The notes beneath the pieces were generated by a model. That model was not told where the DNA came from. It saw nothing but the letters and a program-made list of their open reading frames with translations, and searched no databases. DNA of 63,326 nt, counting the filler, from Nemertoderma westbladi (taxonomy: Eukaryota > Animalia > Xenacoelomorpha): assembly GCA_032718475.1 (NCBI GenBank). It is 3 parts of 3 records of this genome, joined end to end, with 100 filler letters (N's around TTAATTAATTAA, not from the genome) between each part and the next. Parts side by side here need not be neighbours in the genome. Positions count along the whole stretch, not along the records: positions 53,414 to 63,326 come from JAUCBJ010000542.1; 2 more parts are not named here. The stretch is one strand, 5' to 3'. Below are positions 59,335 to 63,326 of this stretch, piece by piece. The number at the start of each line of letters is the position of its first letter. The stretch's first letter is position 1. The position numbers were made by a program, and so were the translations under genes.

Positions 59335-61700
59335 GTGCCGTATTTATATATTTTACCCTGGCCCCCAAGGCACGCGGCACAGTGCCGCCTTTATATATTT
59401 TACCCTGGCCCCAAGGGCGCGTGGCGTGGTGCCGCCTTTATATATTTTACCCCGGCCTCCAGGGTGCGCGGCACGGTGCCGCCTTTATCTAATTTACCCT
59501 GCCCCCCAGGGCGCGCGGCACGGTGCCGCCTTTATATATTTTACCTCGGCACCAAGTGCGTGCGGCAAGGTGCCGCCTTTATATATTTTACCCCAGCCCC
59601 AAGGGCGCGCGGCATGGTTCCGCCTTTATATATTTTACCCCGGCCCCAGGGCGCACGGCATGGTGCCGCCTTTATATATTGTACCCCGGCCCGCAGGGCG
59701 CGCGGCACGGTACCGCCTTTATATATTTTACCCTGGCCCGCAGGGCGCGCGGCACAATGCCGCCTTTATATATTTTACCCCGGCCCCCAGGGCATGCGGC
59801 ATGGTGCCGCCTTTATATATTTTACCCCGGCCCCCAGGTCACGCGGCATGGTGCCGCCTTTATATATTTTACCCCGGCCCCCAGGGTGCGCGGCACGGTG
59901 CCGCCTTTATATATTTTACCCCGGCCCCCAGGGCGCGCGGCATGGTGGTGCCTTTATATATTTTACCCCGGCCCCCAGGGCGCGCGGCACGGTGCCACCT
60001 TTATATATTTTACCCTGGCCCCCAGGGCGCACAGCATGGTGCCGCCTTTATATATTTTACCCCAGCCCGCAGGGCGCGCGGCACGGTGCCACCTTTATAT
60101 ATTTTACCCCGGCCGGCAGGGCGCACGGCACAGTGCCGCCTTTATATATTTTACCCCGGCCCCCAGGGAATGCGGCATGGTGCCGCCTTTATATATTTTA
60201 CCCCGGCCCCCAGGGCACGCGACATGGTGCCGCCTTTATATATTTTACCCCGGCCCCCAGGGTGCGCGGCACGGTGCCGCCTTTATATATTTTACCCCGG
60301 CCCCCAGGGCGCGCGGCATGGTGGTGCCTTTATATATTTTACCCCGGCCCCCAGGGCGTGCGGCACGGTGCCACCTTTATATATTTTACCCTGGCCCCAG
60401 GGCGCACAGCATGGTGCCGCCTATATATTTTACCCCAGCCCCCAGGACGCGCAGCACGGTGCCGCCTTTATATATTTTACCCCAGCCCCCAGGGCGTGCG
60501 GCATGGTACCGCCTTTATATATTTTACCCCGGCCCCCAGGGCGCACGGCACAGTGCCGCCTTTATATATTTTACCCCGGCCCCCAGGGCAAGCGGCACAG
60601 TGCTGCCCTTATATATTTTACCCCGGCCCCCAGGGTGCACGGCACTGTGCCGCCTTTATATATTTTACCCCGGCCCCCAGGGCGTGCGGCACAGTGCGCC
60701 TTTATATATTTTACCCCGGCCCCCCGGGCGTGTGGCACGGTGCCGCCTTTATATATTTTACCCTGGCCCCCCGGGCGCACGGCACGGTGCCGCCTTTATA
60801 TATTTTACCCCGGCCCCAGGGCGCACGGCACAGTGCCGCCTTTATATATTTTACACCGGCCCCAGGGCACGCGGCACGGTGCCGCCTTTATATATTTTAC
60901 CCCGGCCCCAGGGCACGCGGCACGGTGCCGCCTTTATATATTTTACACCGGCCCCAGGGCACGCGGCACGGTGCCGCCTTTATATATTTTACCCCGGCCC
61001 CCAGGGCGTGCGGCACGGTGCCACCTTTATATATTTTACCCTGGCCCCCAGGGCGCACAGCATGGTGCCGCCTATATATTTTACCCCAGCCCCCAGGACG
61101 CGCAGCACGGTGCCGCCTTTATATATTTTACCCCAGCCCCCAGGGCGTGCGGCATGGTACCGCCTTTATATATTTTACACCGGCCCCCAGGGCGCACGGC
61201 ACGGTGCCGCCTTTATATATTTTACCCCGGCCCCAGGGCACGCGGCACGGTGCCGCCTTTATATATTTTACACCGGCCCCCAGGGCATGCGGCACGGTGC
61301 CGCCTTTATATATTTTACACCGCCCCCAGGGCGCGTGGCACGGTGCCGCCTTTATATATTTTACCCCGGCCCCAGGGCACGCGGCACGGTGCCGCCTTTA
61401 TATATTTTACACCGGCCCCCAGGGCACGCGGCACGGTGCCGCCTTTATATATTTTACACCAGCCCCCAGGGCGCGCGGCACGGTGCCGCCTTTATATATT
61501 TTACCCCGGCCCCAGGGCACGCGGCACGGTGCCGCCTTTATATATTTTACACCGGCCCCCAGGGCGCGCGGCACGGTGCCGCCTTTATATATTTCACCCC
61601 GGCCCCAGGGCACGCGGCACGGTGCCGCCTTTATATATTTTACACCGGCCCCCAGGGCGCGCGGCACGGTGCCGCCTTTATATATTTCACCCCGGCCCTT
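59335..61700. repeat. 46/47-bp minisatellite, about 50 units (GGCACGGTGCCGCCTTTATATATTTTACCCCGGCCCCCAGGGCGCGC)
   Basis: Direct tandem units; the long ORFs in three frames are repeat artefacts. Confidence 0.97.
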
Positions 61701-61997
61701 TGGGTAAGGATGGGGTTTGGTTTCGGGGGTGCATCTTTGAATTTTTATTTTTTTAATTTAAACAAATTAACTCAACTTATCACGCCTACAATATTTATGA
61801 AATCCCATGAAAATAAATTTCAATGTAGCTAATAATTATTTTACAAAATTATTAAGGAGGTAGTGTGCCGCCCATCGGATTCAAAGGTGGTAGATTTAAA
61901 AATTACGAAAAATTGTTAAAGGCGGCAATGTGAGGCATTTGGGGGTAGGATAAGTAGTAATATAGTTATCCTCTTTATATAAAAGTTTCTGATTTAA

Positions 61998-62028
<31 letters not shown>

Positions 62029-62923
62029 GGTAGCACCCCCCTATTTTGCAAATAGACAAAAAAGTTTTTTTGTTCTATCATGTGACAAATTTAATGGAGA
62101 TTTCAAATCTGCAAGCAGTTTTCTCATATCTTTTCTCAAACTCAAGTTATTACCCAAAACGTAAGAGCTAGTCTGATTTTTGAAAAGCCTTCGAGCAGCA
62201 CTATATTTTACAATTGTACGGGGCCCTTTTCATAAAAAAGGCTCTCACGTACAGATATGAATAAAATTGCTAGAAAGTTGTTTTACTGGTTATATGTTTA
62301 GCAAGCATGAAAAATTTCGTTGAATTTCATTCATTTTTGACAAAGTTATTGTTGAACATAGAAAAATGGTATTATCTAAAATAGCGGGAAGGTTTGAATT
62401 GTTCCTTAAACTTTAAACACCCATATCTCAGAATGACGTTTTTTCATGAAAAAGGCTATTTCTCCGCCAATTTTAACTGAAATGAGTTGAAATTTGGTAC
62501 ACTTGTTAAGATTACCCTTCTCAATACTTCTTCTGAACAAATTTGGTTGGAAATGCCCTGGAGCCTTTTTATATCAAAAAGGCAAAAAAAGCTTTTTTGG
62601 GACCTTTTGTTCTAAAAAGGCTCCAGAGCATTTGAGGTAAAATTTGTTCAGAAGAATTGGATGCAGGGTTCTTCTGAACCCATATTCCAAATTTCGACAA
62701 ATTTCAACAAATATTGGTGAAGAAATAGCCCTTGACGCAAAAAGGCACTTTTGGCCATTACGGAGCCATTTTGGAGCCAATTTTAAAAATATTTGGTTTG
62801 GTTGTTCTCAAACAGTCCAGACGATGTTTAGTAGCTCAAAAAATAATTTTCACCCAATTTTATGGTCCAGAGACACAAAAATGTGAGGTTCAATTTGGGG
62901 GTGCTACCCCCCCCCCCCCCCCC
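61998..62923. mobile_element. Non-autonomous TTAA-target TIR element (Kolobok-like)
   Basis: TTAA|G(n)..GTAGCACCCCC ... GGGGGTGCTAC C(n)|TTAA. TTAA duplicated at 61994-61997 and 62924-62927; purine termini. Confidence 0.7.
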
Positions 62924-63326
62924 TTAAGGAAATACGATAAGGAAATTATCCTGGGTTCGAATAATTATTTTTTCTTGTTCCTTAATGTAATTTGTTATTT
63001 AGGGTTAAAGCCGGGGAACAACTTCCTTAAGAAAACGGGTAGGTATATTAGTTCTAGACAGGTACTTTTCGACTCAGAGCGGTTAAGTAGATTCTTAAAA
63101 GACGAAATCCTGAGAATCGGTTTTTGAAAATAACTTTTCTGAATTCTCTAGATTCATCAATTCTATTCTATCTATAGAAATTCGCCTAGTCCTATATTGA
63201 GCAGCTCGGTTGGTCCTATATTGTGCAGCTCGGTACGTCCTATCCCCCATCCTACGATTGTTCGAATATTGTCCAATAGATGGATTAACTCAACTCGGGA
63301 TAGGCCTGGACCTTTATTCGCCCATT

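Noticed and set aside
59315-61832. Three overlapping ORFs of about 800 aa
   Set aside because: Translation of a 46/47-bp tandem repeat; the same peptides cycle through all frames.

Overview
AT-rich invertebrate-type animal genomic DNA, not prokaryotic. It consists of three pieces joined by artificial 100-bp spacers (N44-TTAATTAATTAA-N44 at 30402-30501 and 53314-53413), so adjacency across the spacers is unproven. There are three host genes, all on the + strand: an intronless Yurt/EPB41L5-type FERM gene (4812-6752), the last five exons of Nup214 (14451-22046; I could not find its 5' exons in the window, so the FERM gene may lie in a Nup214 intron), and an intronless IFT46 (44242-45372). The rest is transposon and satellite DNA. 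The most striking item is an intact CR1/L2-group LINE whose ORF1 and ORF2 are in one frame, separated by a single UGA in a UGA-CUA readthrough-type context. ORF2 has no AUG before the endonuclease catalytic residues and its RT carries a non-canonical LADD motif. This LINE is one layer of a four-level nest (hAT > LINE > hAT > Tc1-like MITE + foldback MULE) in which the DNA-transposon layers are confirmed by TSDs. Also present: a TIR family with asymmetric ends (3.4-kb foldback and 47-bp copies), a tRNA-like unit between 73-bp inverted repeats, decayed RTE- and CRE-type retrotransposons, and 32-bp and 47-bp minisatellites. All calls are by eye; no database searches were run.
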